The notes beneath the pieces were generated by a model. That model made no database searches, was not told the DNA's origin, and worked only from the letters and a program-made list of their open reading frames with translations. A stretch of 63,927 nucleotides of DNA, the filler included, from Octopus bimaculoides (lineage: Eukaryota): NCBI RefSeq assembly GCF_001194135.2. It is 6 parts of 6 records of this genome, joined end to end, with 100 filler letters (N's around TTAATTAATTAA, not from the genome) between each part and the next. Parts side by side here need not be neighbours in the genome. Positions count along the whole stretch, not along the records: positions 1 to 7,183 come from NC_068982.1; positions 7,284 to 19,496 come from NC_068984.1; 4 more parts are not named here. The stretch is one strand, 5' to 3'. This document shows, piece by piece, positions 1 to 11,766 of this stretch; the first letter of the stretch is position 1; each line of letters begins with the position of its first letter. Both the position numbers and the translations under genes were made by a program.

Positions 1-73
<73 letters not shown>

Positions 74-1268
74 ATATGCATTAGATGTATTTGTTTGTGC
101 ATATACATACATAAATCGTAATAAAGACAAGAAGACGGAGAAAGTGAGAGAAAACCAGAGAGGGGACATACAGACAGAGACAGAGAGAAGCGCAAGCAGA
201 CTTTGAGGCCTCATTCGTTACGTTGAGATACAACGTATTTAGACAGAAGCGAAGAAGGAACGCGATAGAAATTAAAAACGATTCATCGAAGGCACTGGAA
301 TATTTAGACTGATATTAAACCGTGAAGACTATGTGTTCCAAGCTGCTCATAAGCTATCATTTTTTAATCACGCATTCAAGAATGCTAAAATGGCAGACGA
401 TTTTTTGCGCTTGGTTCCGACTTTCTGACTTTCTTGTTCGAAATTTTCCAAAAGAAACTCGTTATGTCATTGTGTTAATCAGATGCTACCTAAAATACGA
501 CAACGAAAAATAGGGGAAAGAAAAAGGAAATCTGTAGATAAAGTTGAATCACTTTCGATCACTAATCGTTTCAACATCGACCCCACTCAATACTGAAAGT
601 CTAAGACCTATTTCTACCAATATAAAGAATCTAATTGCTAAAGTGTTTGCTTTCAGTTCAACATCGAGTATTAACTCCAATCACACCGGTAGTTGTTGTC
701 GGTGTTGTTGTTATTATTATTATAATTATTATTATTATTATTTTCATCAGCATCTTCTTTCAATTCTGTTTCCATTTCTTGCCGAATGTCTTCCTGACAC
801 CTAGGGCAGAGTAACGCACTGTAATCATTGGTGGCCAATAAAACAAGTGCATCAGATTGTTTATTTCCAGAGTTATGTGATAGAGAAAAAGGGGGAAGAC
901 AGAGAGAAAAAAATAATAATAAAAATAAACAAATAAAATAAAAGGAGAAAAGGAGAGAAAAATTACAGCGACACTCCTCTTCTCAATACGTATGACCAGT
1001 TACCAGTTAATACAATCTTTTTTACTTCCTGCATGGATGGTAAACAAGGGATCATTCTTAAATAATTTTCAGTTCCTTTTTTTATCATTCCAATCGCTCC
1101 TACAATCACTGCTATGTTATAACCGTCTTGAGATGCCACATCTTTTCGATCTCAATCAGCAGATCTTTATATTTTCTGAGCTTATCAAATTCTTTTGCTG
1201 AGATATTATGGTCACAGGGTATGCTCATGTCAATCAATAAACAGGCTATATTGTTTCAGTCTTTCACA

Positions 1269-1349
<81 letters not shown>

Positions 1350-1353
1350 TATT
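1269..1353. repeat. (ATT)n/(TAA)n microsatellite abutting the 3' end of an R4/Dong-like LINE fragment
   Basis: Direct reading of the trinucleotide run. Confidence 0.97.
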
Positions 1354-1568
1354 GCCTTTGCACAGCTTCTAACGCTGGAGATGTACTACGGTGTCAGCTG
1401 TTCACTACCAGTGAACTAAGGTAACACCTCTTATTTTTTGAGCACTACTTGATTTCTGTTGTCCCTACACTTCTTCCGTATGCTGTCAGTTCCGTCCTCC
1501 ACTTCGCCATACTTTTTCCAAGCAATCGCTCAACATTCGATGCAATATCAAATAGGTTCATACATTCC
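1354..1568 (-). mobile_element. R4/Dong-clade non-LTR retrotransposon fragment (RT piece joined to a probable 3' end)
   Basis: Minus strand reads ...NLFDIASNVERLLGKSMAKWRTELTAYGRSVGTTEIK, like the R4/Dong RT segment preceding the RGIFQGD motif. It runs into (TAA)n, the known Dong target. Confidence 0.6.
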
Positions 1569-1576
1569 ATAATCCA

Positions 1577-1868
1577 AGGAAGATAGACGGCATGAGAGGC
1601 ATTGACTATTGGAGTCGACTAAAAAAACAATCTTTTCTCTCTCCAACGCCGCCGGGAGCGCTACATCATTTGTGTGATGTGGAAAATATTCCATCAATAT
1701 TGCACAAATGATGTTGGCATTAATTTTAAAATCAATCCAAGACTTAGCCCCCGCGCTAACCGTCCTCTACAAAAATCGAACTCGGTACACATAGCAACAT
1801 TACATCAAAATTACTTTACCTCAACCGGTCCAGCTCTCTTTAATACTATACCAAAATACGTCAAAACG
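1577..1868 (+). mobile_element. CR1/L2-group LINE, ORF2 C-terminal fragment
   Basis: KIDGMRGIDYWSRLKK..FSLQRRRERYIICVMWKI matches the typical Y-W-x-R-L...S-L-Q-R-R-R-E-R-Y C-terminal motif. Confidence 0.7.
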
Positions 1869-1889
1869 GAAACGTATAGTTGGGCAGCG

Positions 1890-2652
1890 TCTGTGAGAAA
1901 AACAGCACCGTAGTGCAATTCACTCTGCCAGAAATTTGGAAACGACATGCTGTACTGCTTGGCATTCGCGCCGGAAGCTTCAATACGAACATTTCAGAAT
2001 GTTTGGGTGTCAATCTTAGAACAGTGCAATCTGAAGACATGTACCGAGAGTGATAAAAATCAAACATCCAGTCAACATCATGGTGTTTGGAGTGAGCACT
2101 AGTGATGACGATGTTATGCCTCCATTCATCTTCCCACACACGGAGGCCTACATCAAGTGCTTGGAGGAGGTAGTGCTGCCCTGGGTGAAGAAGGTGACTG
2201 CTAGAAGACCCTATGTCTGGCAAAAGGACTTTGCACCATACCAGACAAGCAGGAGAACCCAGTCATGGCTGTCAGACAATTTCTGCGACTTCATCACTCC
2301 TAGCATTTGGCCACCTAACTCCCCAGACTGCAACCCCCTTGATTATTATGTGTGGGGCGCAGTTAAGTGAGAGACCAACAAAACACCTTGTAACACCAAA
2401 GATGAAGTTAAGGGAAGGATTATGGCAGCATTCACCAACTTAAACAAGGAGACCGTACAAAAGAGTTGCAGGAGATTTCGAAGTCGTTTGGAAGTCGTGG
2501 TTGAAGCCAATGGCGATTTTATTGAATAAATTTACTCTTTAGTATTTCAAGATATTTTTATGTAATTTTGGTAAATATATCTTAAAATGAGATGTCAGCG
2601 TTATTTTCATTTTTGTGTAATTCAGACGACAATTTATTCACCGCACCCTCTA
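1890..2652 (+). mobile_element. maT/DD37D Tc1-mariner transposon, internally deleted and defective
   Basis: WQKDFAP...WPPNSPDCNPLDYYVWG has 37 residues between the last two catalytic Asp. There is a premature TGA at 2368-2370, then ETNKTPCNTKDEVKGRI...EANGDFIE*. An N-terminal HTH-like piece (KRHAVLLGIRAG...LGVNLRTVQ) is joined directly to the catalytic part. The end resembles a TIR: ...CACCGCACCCTC-TA. Confidence 0.85.
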
Positions 2653-3042
2653 CATGTATGCATGTCTATGTATACTGGCATACACATAGTAGACAGATAT
2701 GTGAGTGAATGTGTGTGCATGTGCATGTGCTTGTGTGTGTATGTGTGTGTGTGTAAGTGTGTGTCTGAGTGAGTGTGTATGTGTGTGTGTGTAAATGCTA
2801 AATGATCAAGCATTGGCATGAACAGGCACAAATAAATTCGTTTCTAAAATACATACATCACATATGGAAAGAAGCTGACCAAGGAAATCGATCCACGCAG
2901 GACTATAAACACGCTCCCCACCCACACACCCACACACATACATCTCCTTCCGTTCTAATCAGTTGCGCTTTAAAAACAACAAACCCCGAACACTTCGATT
3001 AAAGCCGATAGCGAGCTTGTTCCTGCAGATTGTAACAAAGTA

Positions 3043-3075
<33 letters not shown>

Positions 3076-3290
3076 NNNNNNNNNNNNNNNNNNNNNNNNN
3101 NNNNNNNNNNNNNNNNNNNNNNNNNNNNNNNNNNNNNNNNNNNNNNNNNNNNNNNNNNNNNNNNATATATGAATAATGAAATATGAGCATTATGTTTGTT
3201 CTTCGCCCCATGAATAGAGAACCATATTCCCGTCCGCTTTTAATGTCAATAATAATTACAGGATTTTGTGTCTTTCTCCTTTTATTTGAA

Positions 3291-3330
<40 letters not shown>

Positions 3331-4359
3331 TATAGTTTTCACCTGAGGAAAGCAATTAATGGTTTTACAAAAGAAGCCAGTGTGCTCAAAGTTCTTCCCC
3401 CAGGGAACCAAATGCTTTTGTTTTCGTTATTATTATTTTTACCTGAATTTTGTGTAGTAACAATGTACTTTAATGCGTCATGTTTGCATGAACAAAATCT
3501 GGATGAATACGATTTTGTTTATACAATCAGCCCTCGCTCAAACGACCAGCTTTCACTAAAACCCAGTTCCTATTATAACCGAGTAACTATGCCTGCCTAC
3601 ACATATTTCCATTTTCCCCACCAAAATCCCTATAAACCCTAAACGACATTCTTTGCGCGTCATTTGGAAACGTTAGAACAACTACATCAAACCTTTTCTA
3701 GAAATTTAGTAAAGCATAATTGTTTGGTTAAGAAGCTTGCATTGCTACGACGTGGTTTCCAGTTCAGTTCCACTGCGCGGCAAATTGAGCAAGTGTCTTC
3801 TGCTATAGCCTCCGGGCCGACCAATTCTGCAGACGAAAACTGTGTGGAAGCCCGTCTTAATATATGTACGTATATATGTGCGTGTCTTTATGTTGGACAA
3901 ACAATATTGGTTTGTTTACGTCCCTGTAAGTTGGCAGTTCGATAAAAGAAATGATAAAATATTTACCAAACTTAATAAGTACCGAGATCGATCTAGTCGA
4001 CTAAACCTTTCAAAACGATGCTCCAGTATGGTCGCAGTCTCTGAGTCGACTAAGATCTCTGCTCAGCCACTGTTTTCTTTACTTACGTGTTCCTTACAAT
4101 TTTGGGAAAGGTATAATCACCATTTCAAATAACGTCTATAATTTTGCGTGGCATAATGGTTAGGGGTGTTCATTTCATGTTCATCGGGTCGCGGTTTCAA
4201 TTTCTTAAGCAATACAACAAGCGAGATATATTCTCCGTGATAAAACGCAGTGAGTAGCTTTTTCCCCAGTTCGAACGTGCATCAAGCACATTCAGACTTA
4301 TAACAACATTACAAGTTCACCAATCACTGCTTAGCGTTCCCCCTCCGATATTCTTATTA

Positions 4360-4615
4360 TATTGGGTCGTCAGATAAATTCGTTCGGTGTTTTTTTTTCT
4401 TTCTTCTTATGCTTCATTAACAATTTTAACAAATCAATCAATAATTGTTCCCGATTCCTTGCCAATGTTCCACTAGTTTGTCCATGCCTTGGCAGCAGAA
4501 ATCACCGGGTCTTGAACAGAAGAATTTATTAAGACACGTTTTCCAATCCGTGTCGTTGTTGAACGAAATACCTCACAGACTGTTGGAGATCGACCAATGA
4601 AAGTAGTAACCTGAA
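4360..4615 (-). mobile_element. mariner transposon 3' remnant with terminal inverted repeat
   Basis: Minus strand SGYYFHWSISNSL*GISFNNDTDWKTCLNKFFCSRPGDFCCQGMDKLVEHW resembles the mariner C-terminus (xDYHLFRSLSN...). A TATTGGGT... TIR-like end lies at 4360. Confidence 0.7.
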
Positions 4616-5241
4616 AGCGCTATAACAGGAGAATATTATGTTCTACATACATGCATCCATCCAAACGTACATACATACATACATACATACATACATACAT
4701 ACATACATACATACATACATACGTACGTACGTACGTACGGAACTGAAAGCAGCCTTCTTTATGATGTTTGAGGTCAAAACTGGTTGCTATTTCCAGTCAG
4801 CTGCGTGACTACGCTCAACTTCCCTCATTGTCTCATTAACCATTGGAACGGAATAACGAAAGGTATTCACGACATATTTTGGTCTTCCGCAATGGAATCA
4901 CGGTTACCGGATTCCGGATTAATTATCTAAAAACTAGCACAAAATATTGGAAAAGTAACAAATTTGACCAGAAAGTACAATAGAAGAAAATTCGGCCTAC
5001 CTTTTAATCTTTTATTTGTTTCATTCATTGAACTGTGGCCTTGCTGGAACACTGCTTTGGAGAATTTTGTCGAACAAACCGAACTCCATAGTTATTTCTT
5101 TAAATACAAACTGGTTACCACTTCAAATACACCTCAAGCAGAAAGAAAGCCATTCCCTGTATATTGTGACGAAGAAAATTTCTCACCGTAGACAAATAGC
5201 TGTAAACACACCGAGTCAATTCGCAGTGTTCCCTAATCAGA

Positions 5242-5288
5242 CTGCGGGATGCATGCATTTCGGAGTGTTTAACTCTCTTCAGCACCAG
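5242..5288 (-). ncRNA. Minimal type-I hammerhead ribozyme motif, array unit 1
   Basis: Minus strand: CUGGUG-CUGAAGA-GAGU(UAAAC)ACUC-C-GAAA, palindromic stem III AUGCAUGCAU, then C^CCGCAG. Predicted cleavage between 5248 and 5247. Stem I is only partly paired. Confidence 0.6.
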
Positions 5289-5312
5289 AAACCGGAAACG
5301 CCTATACTACGA

Positions 5313-5605
5313 ATTGACCGTAGTGGTTAAGAGCGCGGGCTGCAAACCCCAAGATTCCGAGTTCAATTCCAGGCAGTGACATGAATAATAATAATAATAA
5401 TAAAAAGAAAAAGAAAAAAATAATAACAATAACAATAATAATAATAATAATAATAACATCGAAAAATACCTTAGGAATGAGAACCCAGGTTCGAAATTTC
5501 CCCAAGACACCTGATGAAGGCTGGAGGGTATATGAGCCGAAAATTTGTGTTAACAACAAACAAGATGAGGACAAATATCCATCAAATGTAAATAATGTAA
5601 ATAAT
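5313..5605 (+). mobile_element. tRNA-headed SINE-like element with an (AAT)n spacer and a 3' hammerhead module
   Basis: A-box-like TGACCGTAGTGG at 5315-5326, B-box GAGTTCAATTCC at 5359-5370, (AAT)n at about 5383-5457, hammerhead at 5506-5551. The flanks rejoin as unit 1 of the surrounding array. Confidence 0.7.
5506..5551 (+). ncRNA. Minimal type-I hammerhead ribozyme motif
   Basis: GACAC-CUGAUGA-A-GGCU(12 nt loop)AGCC-GAAA-AUU-U^GUGUU. Stem I is GACAC/GUGUU, stem II is GGCU/AGCC, stem III is the palindrome AAUU. Confidence 0.65.
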
Positions 5606-5846
5606 GAGAATAGTCTCTCTTATTATAATCCCATCACCATACTATAACTGGTTGCGCTAGTCAGCAGCTCTCTATAAATAAAATACAAAATGAAATACTA
5701 AGTGATGTGTATAAATACAGTTCAAATATACTTGAGTTCGAACTCGTAAGAAGGCCATCCAGTGTAGTTTGTCGTGGAGAACATTTCTCACTGTACACAC
5801 ATGGGTGGAAATACACCAAGTCAGCTCACAGCGCCCACTAACAAGA

Positions 5847-5894
5847 CTTTGGGATATATGCGTTTCGGAGTAGTTATCTTCTCTTCAGCAACAG
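5847..5894 (-). ncRNA. Minimal hammerhead motif, array unit 2 (decayed stems)
   Basis: CUGUUG-CUGAAGA-GAAG(AUAACUA)CUCC-GAAA-CGCAUAUAU-C^CCAAAG; spacing identical to unit 1. Confidence 0.5.
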
Positions 5895-6145
5895 AGACAA
5901 GAAAGGTAGGCACTACGAGCTGACATGAAAGACAGCTCCCTCTTATGATATTCCTGTCATCATTCAATGACTGGATGTGCTATGCAGCATCTCGACGTAA
6001 ATAAAATAGAGGTGACAGCTCCAAGTCGTGATATGTATAAATACAAACTTGTTACCAGTTCAGATATGCTTGAGGCAAATTCGAACTCGTAAGAAAGCCA
6101 TTCGCTGTGTTTTGTTATGGAGAAATTTTTTTACTATAGACAAAT

Positions 6146-6193
6146 ATGTGGGGTGCAGGCATTTCGGAGTGGTTATCTCCTCTTCAACGGCAG
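6146..6193 (-). ncRNA. Minimal hammerhead motif, array unit 3 (core mutations C3U and U16.1C; probably inactive)
   Basis: UUGAAGA-GGAG(AUAACCA)CUCC-GAAA-UGCCUGCAC-C; stem II is perfect. Confidence 0.45.
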
Positions 6194-6504
6194 ATACAAG
6201 AAAGGCAGACGCTGCGTCCCTCTCTTGATATTTCCGTCATCGTTCGATGATTGGTTGCGCTACTCAGCGGCTTACTGTGGATAAAACACGGGATGAAGTG
6301 CTAAGCAATGATGAGGATGAACACAATCTTGTTAACTGCTCAAATATGCTTGAGGTGAGTTCAAACCCAACCATTCGCTGTATCTTGTCGTGGAGGAAAT
6401 TTCTTTAAAGTCTTGCATTTATTAAATCATTCTCTTTTGCGAAACCGCTAAGTTATGGAGACATAGACAAATCAATAAAGGTACGGCAAAACACACACAC
6501 ACAC

Positions 6505-6540
<36 letters not shown>

Positions 6541-7227
6541 ATGTAATAGACGTTCACACAATTTCCGTCAACCAAATTCCCTCACAAGGCATTGGTCGGG
6601 TTGAGGGTAGAGTAGAAAACTCTTGCTCAAGGTGTTATACAGTAGAACTGAAACTAGAACCGCCATCAGTTCAAAATCATGCCTGCTCCTATAAAAATCA
6701 AGTCTACCTCCGACGGAATTCGAACTCGCAGACCCAGAATTAGCAATCCGGTGCCTTATCCATTGACCAGTAAATTTTTTTAAATATATATTTATTGTCT
6801 GTAAATAGATTCCAATGTACATAATCAATCAGCCAGTACGATTTTCCCTGTGATTCTTTTCTTTAGAAATAAAAAGCAGGAGATGGCTTCGAGGGTCGTG
6901 CCGTCCTGAAATAAGCTAATTACGGCTCAGTTTGCGATTTGCAGCCGAATCTGGCAACGCACAGTGACAACGGTTTTGTGTACGTCTATGCTTTAAAAAA
7001 GAACAAAGGCAATATCTTTGAAGGTTCTTGTAGTATTCTATGATTAGCATGGAAAAATATGGGATTCTCATTGGGATTCTTTGCGCAAAAATTATATTAT
7101 ATATAGGAAAGGAAAACATGGCATGATGTTAACATATTCATACTGCGTTATGGTTTACGAGTTAAAAATGAATGTTTGAATATNNNNNNNNNNNNNNNNN
7201 NNNNNNNNNNNNNNNNNNNNNNNNNNN

Positions 7228-7239
7228 TTAATTAATTAA
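7228..7239. other. Scaffolding linker TTAATTAATTAA (44 N + 12 + 44 N = 100 bp placeholder)
   Basis: Identical 44/12/44 layout at five places; stops in all six frames. Confidence 0.95.
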
Positions 7240-7623
7240 NNNNNNNNNNNNNNNNNNNNNNNNNNNNNNNNNNNNNNNNNNNNATATATATATACATATA
7301 TATATATATACACATATATTCATATACATATGTATGTACATACATATATATCTATCTATATATATATGTATATGTGTATATGTGTTTGTATGTGTATATA
7401 TATGTGTGTGTATGTGTGTGTGTTTGTTCAATTTACAAGTAAAGACCCAGAGGAACAGTTACAGGGTAACCAAATATCACATAAGCGCCTAAGAAATTAG
7501 TAATCACACTTGCGTGGGTGATAATTCCGAGGAGAAGTGTGACGTGTTTTAAAGAACATGAGAATAATAGAAAATGGAGACAAACGCACAAGATTTTTTT
7601 TTTAAATCATTTATATCACCATA

Positions 7624-7863
7624 TCACCGACATATGTTTCGATTATGTTTATATTTGAACAATTTACTAAATTCAAAATTTTGGTCATTAGAGGGTGGTT
7701 TAATATCCTTATTATCGAAGAAGAAAGCTTGCCATCTGATACGATTAATGAAAGAGTTGGTCTTATTAATGAGTTGTTTAAGGAATACCTCTCTTGGGGG
7801 GGTAGTCATATCCTTAAGATAGGCGTTAATATTAAAGGTCTCCATTTGTAGTAAATATTCCAC
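7624..7863 (-). mobile_element. Penelope-like element ORF, N-terminal remnant
   Basis: NAYLKDMTTPPREVFLKQLINKTNSFINRIRWQAFFF resembles the N-terminus of invertebrate PLE ORFs (YSLKNIPIP...LI.KTE.FI.RMRWKA.FF), as recalled from the family. Confidence 0.55.
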
Positions 7864-8911
7864 ACACGCACATACATATATGTATGTTTACATCCATCCA
7901 TCCATCCGTACGAACGTACATACACACATACATACATACATACATACATACATAGCAGATCAGTACACTGTTGGAACGAACAATATGTTCCGTATTGAAA
8001 TTGTAATGATTTCCCCTTTGACAACCGAAAACGGGAACAGATTTGTGTACACCCACTTGTTTCTCGTTTATGCTGTATTTGATTCATTTACTTCAGATCG
8101 CGTGCGTATGGCTGTGTGTGTGCGCGTGTGTACGTTTTACTGTATGTGAGTATGCGTGTGCGTGTATATCATGTAATGTTTTAAAAATTAGTACCTCTAG
8201 GCACACATATACATGCACATATATAACGACATCAATAGCAGCTAAAAAAAATAGCGGACGAAATGGGTAGTCACTGAAACATCTAAATGCCCTGCAGTGT
8301 AACATACAAATACGGCGTACAGCAAGGCTCACTCTCCTCACTTCTTCAATTGATCATAGCACCAACTAGACGATTAATAGTTGTGCATTCTCAATAATTA
8401 AATATCTCGCTTATATAAAGTAAAACTATACTTCTTAGGTGTTGTCTGTCTACTATAGAGCTCTTGGGGTGTACTTAATCTCCCATTTCATATTCTCAAA
8501 TTAGACAAATCTGAGAACATTTTCATTACCCTCTTACGAGTTATTACTCCTTAGCGGTACAAAGTGTGACCGCTTCGTTCGTCTTATTATTCTTAACTAT
8601 TCCTGAAGTCAATATTTGCTCTGTTGCGTGATAAAGCGAGAAATTTTCTATTGATCAACAGCGGCTGACGAAGTTGATTAGGAACATTTGGATGTCCTAC
8701 GAGACTATTTGTGATTGATGTGCCATATTTTCTTATGTGCTGTAATTGAGATCCTCATTTGCTTAATTCACATAGGCATAAAATCATAGCACCGACAACC
8801 TTATGAGTTTTGAGACTTCTCTGTGTTTAAATATTTGAGATGAACTAGAATTGTACAAAGTTACTAAGTTCATGTGCGACTATCTACCGCACACACATAT
8901 ANNNNNNNNNN

Positions 8912-8964
<53 letters not shown>

Positions 8965-9264
8965 AGACATAAATATATATGTAAACATATGTGTGTTTGT
9001 GTATAATTATGTGTGTGCATATATATAGATATACAGTTACAAACCTATATATGGTTTAGTTTATAAATCTTCCACTTTGTCGTAACTAACGGCTTTCTTA
9101 ATGTTTAGTATTAAGTTGTCTGGCGATTAAGTTGACCGACGTTCTTTCGGTCATTTGCGACAGTTAGAGTTCAGATCAAAGCAGTTATTTAATAAATATC
9201 GAATTGCTATATCACTGTAATCGTGGTACATATTTGATATTTAAACATCAAAATACACACATTC

Positions 9265-9323
<59 letters not shown>

Positions 9324-9824
9324 TACACACAGAGATACACGAAAATATCGTCGCACACAGAGACAGGTAGATTATACTAACTGAAAACCTAGTTTATAAA
9401 GGATAATACCATAGAGATATCATTAATTCTTAATCAAAGAATTGTCACGAAAGAATTTGATCCGATTCGTATCAAGTATCTTTAGCTCTCTAAACGAACG
9501 AGTGAATAAAGGAGATTGAAGGAAGATTAATTTGCTAGAAGTGAATAAAATAAATCTGTTTCTGAGGTGGCTTCATGAAGCCATGGAAGAATTATATAAG
9601 ATTATACCGACATGTTCCGAAAGTATCTGCAATGTCTTGTTTATTGTTATCATTTTTATTTGGTCATGCTGCAATGTGTTGCAAAGTGCCAAATATGTCG
9701 ACATCGACAACAGATAGCTCAGTCTGTAAATGTTGGTGAGGTGGGCCACAGCCTGTAGAAGTTGGTTGGTTAGACCACAACTATCAAAGTTTGCGTAGAC
9801 ACAGCTTATAAATATGGACTAGAA

Positions 9825-10157
9825 CAGGGGTTCTCAACCGTTTTTTTTTTAATCTATGGACCCCTTCGATTACTATTTTATTATAGTAGACCCCCATAGT
9901 CATTCGATGTTTATAAACTAGTTTCATAGAAACTTCTTTCAAAATTCCTATTTTGTTTTTCACACATAACTCGTGTAGATTGAACTACGTAAAATGTTAG
10001 AGAAAGAAACCTAGCTGTTTCTTTCAAAACATACCAATACATACACCCAATGTAAAATGTTTCCAAGGCCCATAAAATACTATCGTGGATCCCTAATTTA
10101 CTATTTTGTTGCTTGGACCTCCAAAAGTCTTATATTGACTCCGGTTGAGAACCATTG
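9825..10157. mobile_element. hAT (Charlie-type) MITE, copy 1
   Basis: TIRs CAGGGGTTCTCAACC ... GGTTGAGAACCATTG. Confidence 0.75.
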
Positions 10158-10159
10158 GG

Positions 10160-10505
10160 CAGGGGTTCTCAACCATTTTTTTACCTATGGACCCTTTTGA
10201 GTACTTCTCTGATCTGGTGGGCCCCCAAAGCCATTGAATGTTTATGAATTAGTTTTATAGAGGCTTCTTTCAAAATTCTTATTTTGTTTTCTTACACATT
10301 AACTTGTGTAGGTTGAACTATGTGAATTGTTAGAGAAAGAAAGCTAACTGTTTTTGCAATACGTACCATTACATAAATCTAAAGTAAAACTTTTTCAAGG
10401 GCGCTTAAAATCCCCAATTTATCATTTTATTACGTGAACCTCCCCCCACCCACAAATCTTATATGGACCTTCAGGGCACATATGGACCCCGGATGAGAAC
10501 CACTT
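10160..10505. mobile_element. hAT (Charlie-type) MITE, copy 2, head-to-tail with copy 1
   Basis: CAGGGGTTCTCAACC ... GGATGAGAACCAC; internal sequence homologous to copy 1. Confidence 0.75.
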
Positions 10506-10831
10506 GGTTTGATAGATTACAGTCAGATGTGAGGTATTTAGGCCGAAGTCAATAGATATGGAATAGATAGGCGATATATGTATTCAATGCAAACGCTATT
10601 ATATAAATACACTTATATAAAAGAGAACAAGATGCGAGGGTATGTTTAGACAGATATAAGTATGTAAAAGAGTCGAAATGGGATCATCGACTGAATTTCT
10701 GGTAATAATAAAGGATCTTATAAAATATGAATGCTCTTCTCTTTTTCTTTCTACCGAGAGAAAACAAAAACCTTCGCAACTTCAAAACTAGAAAAAAAAT
10801 GTGATTCTCTTGAAGCACATAGATTCCTCCT

Positions 10832-10926
<95 letters not shown>

Positions 10927-11766
10927 TTCTTTCTCTCTATTCCTCTTTCTTTCTCTTTCTTGCTCTTTCTCTCTTTTTCTCTTTCTCTCTCTCTTTCTTC
11001 CACTCTCACTACTACAAGCGAATCCAGCAACCAACAAACACGTGTGTATATATACGCATGTACGTACATTAGTGCCAAATAAAAAATGTATGTACATGTG
11101 CATGCGTAAAATTTCCTAACCGTATATAGGTGTGTGTGGGTATGTATGTATGTATGTGTGTGTATGTATGTATGTATGTGTGCATGCATACATGTATGTG
11201 GGTGCGTGTGATTGAGTCTTCTTGGTTTAACAGCCTCTGTTAATGTGCTGATAAAGCAACTGTCACGAGTCCCACTAACATCCAAAATTAAGTCTAAAAG
11301 CGAAGAAATCTAAGTAAGGAAACAGTCTTGGCATCTCGTTGTGATAACGAACTGACCATATACCAGTGATTTCCTTTGAAGTAGAACGCTAACAGATACA
11401 AAGAGTAATTCTTCCAATCTATAATGTATTTACGACATTATAATCTTAGGATCTTCATTTATCTTCGTAAAAGTTGAGACAAGTCTGTGTTTAAGAATGG
11501 AGTAAATAAGGAGTTTGTTTATTTCATATTTTCAATTTTTCATTTCCATTATTTTTCTGCTAGCATTTTTTTTCTAATCGATATCTCTTTCTATTTCGCT
11601 GTTGGTCTTAGTCAATGGAATGCTAAAATGGCGTGGGTGTAAAATAAATGGAAACTAAAGATGATCCAGTGATTCTCTCGACTCTGCTCACCTGAAGACG
11701 TGCAGATATACACCTACTGTTGGAAGATATGCAATAATGTGTATATGTGTAAAATTCAGCAATTAC

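Larger units (their letters stand above)
5098..6412 (-). repeat. Degenerate tandem array (~300-325 bp unit, ~3.3 copies), each full unit with a minimal hammerhead core; retrozyme/Penelope pLTR-like
   Basis: Shared blocks (TATAAATACA..., TTCGGAGT.GTTATCT.CTCTTCA, TGGTTGCGCTA) recur in units starting near 5098, 5701, 6025 and 6336. Unit 1 is interrupted at about 5313-5605. Confidence 0.8.

Noticed and set aside
1128-1424. ORFs with poly-Ile/Leu/Asn/Tyr, CV, HT or RE runs (here and throughout the window)
   Set aside because: These are translations of (ATT)n, (GT)n, (AT)n and (AG)n microsatellites.
5313-5380. Possible tRNA-Cys(GCA) gene
   Set aside because: The anticodon stem has only three pairs and there is no acceptor stem; treated as a SINE-type head.
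5098-6412. CRISPR-like array interpretation of spaced repeats (also 62963-63018)
   Set aside because: Eukaryotic context, whole units are homologous, there are no unique spacers and no cas genes.
6680-6770. tRNA-like sequence on the minus strand
   Set aside because: It continues directly into a family B SINE body and does not form a full cloverleaf.
9560-9760. Possible further minus-strand exon after ...CTTCTACAG
   Set aside because: The frame choice is ambiguous, the donor is weak and no homology was recognised.
11688-11750. CCTGAAGACG... resembling a Penelope hammerhead start
   Set aside because: No downstream GAAA core or stem III.
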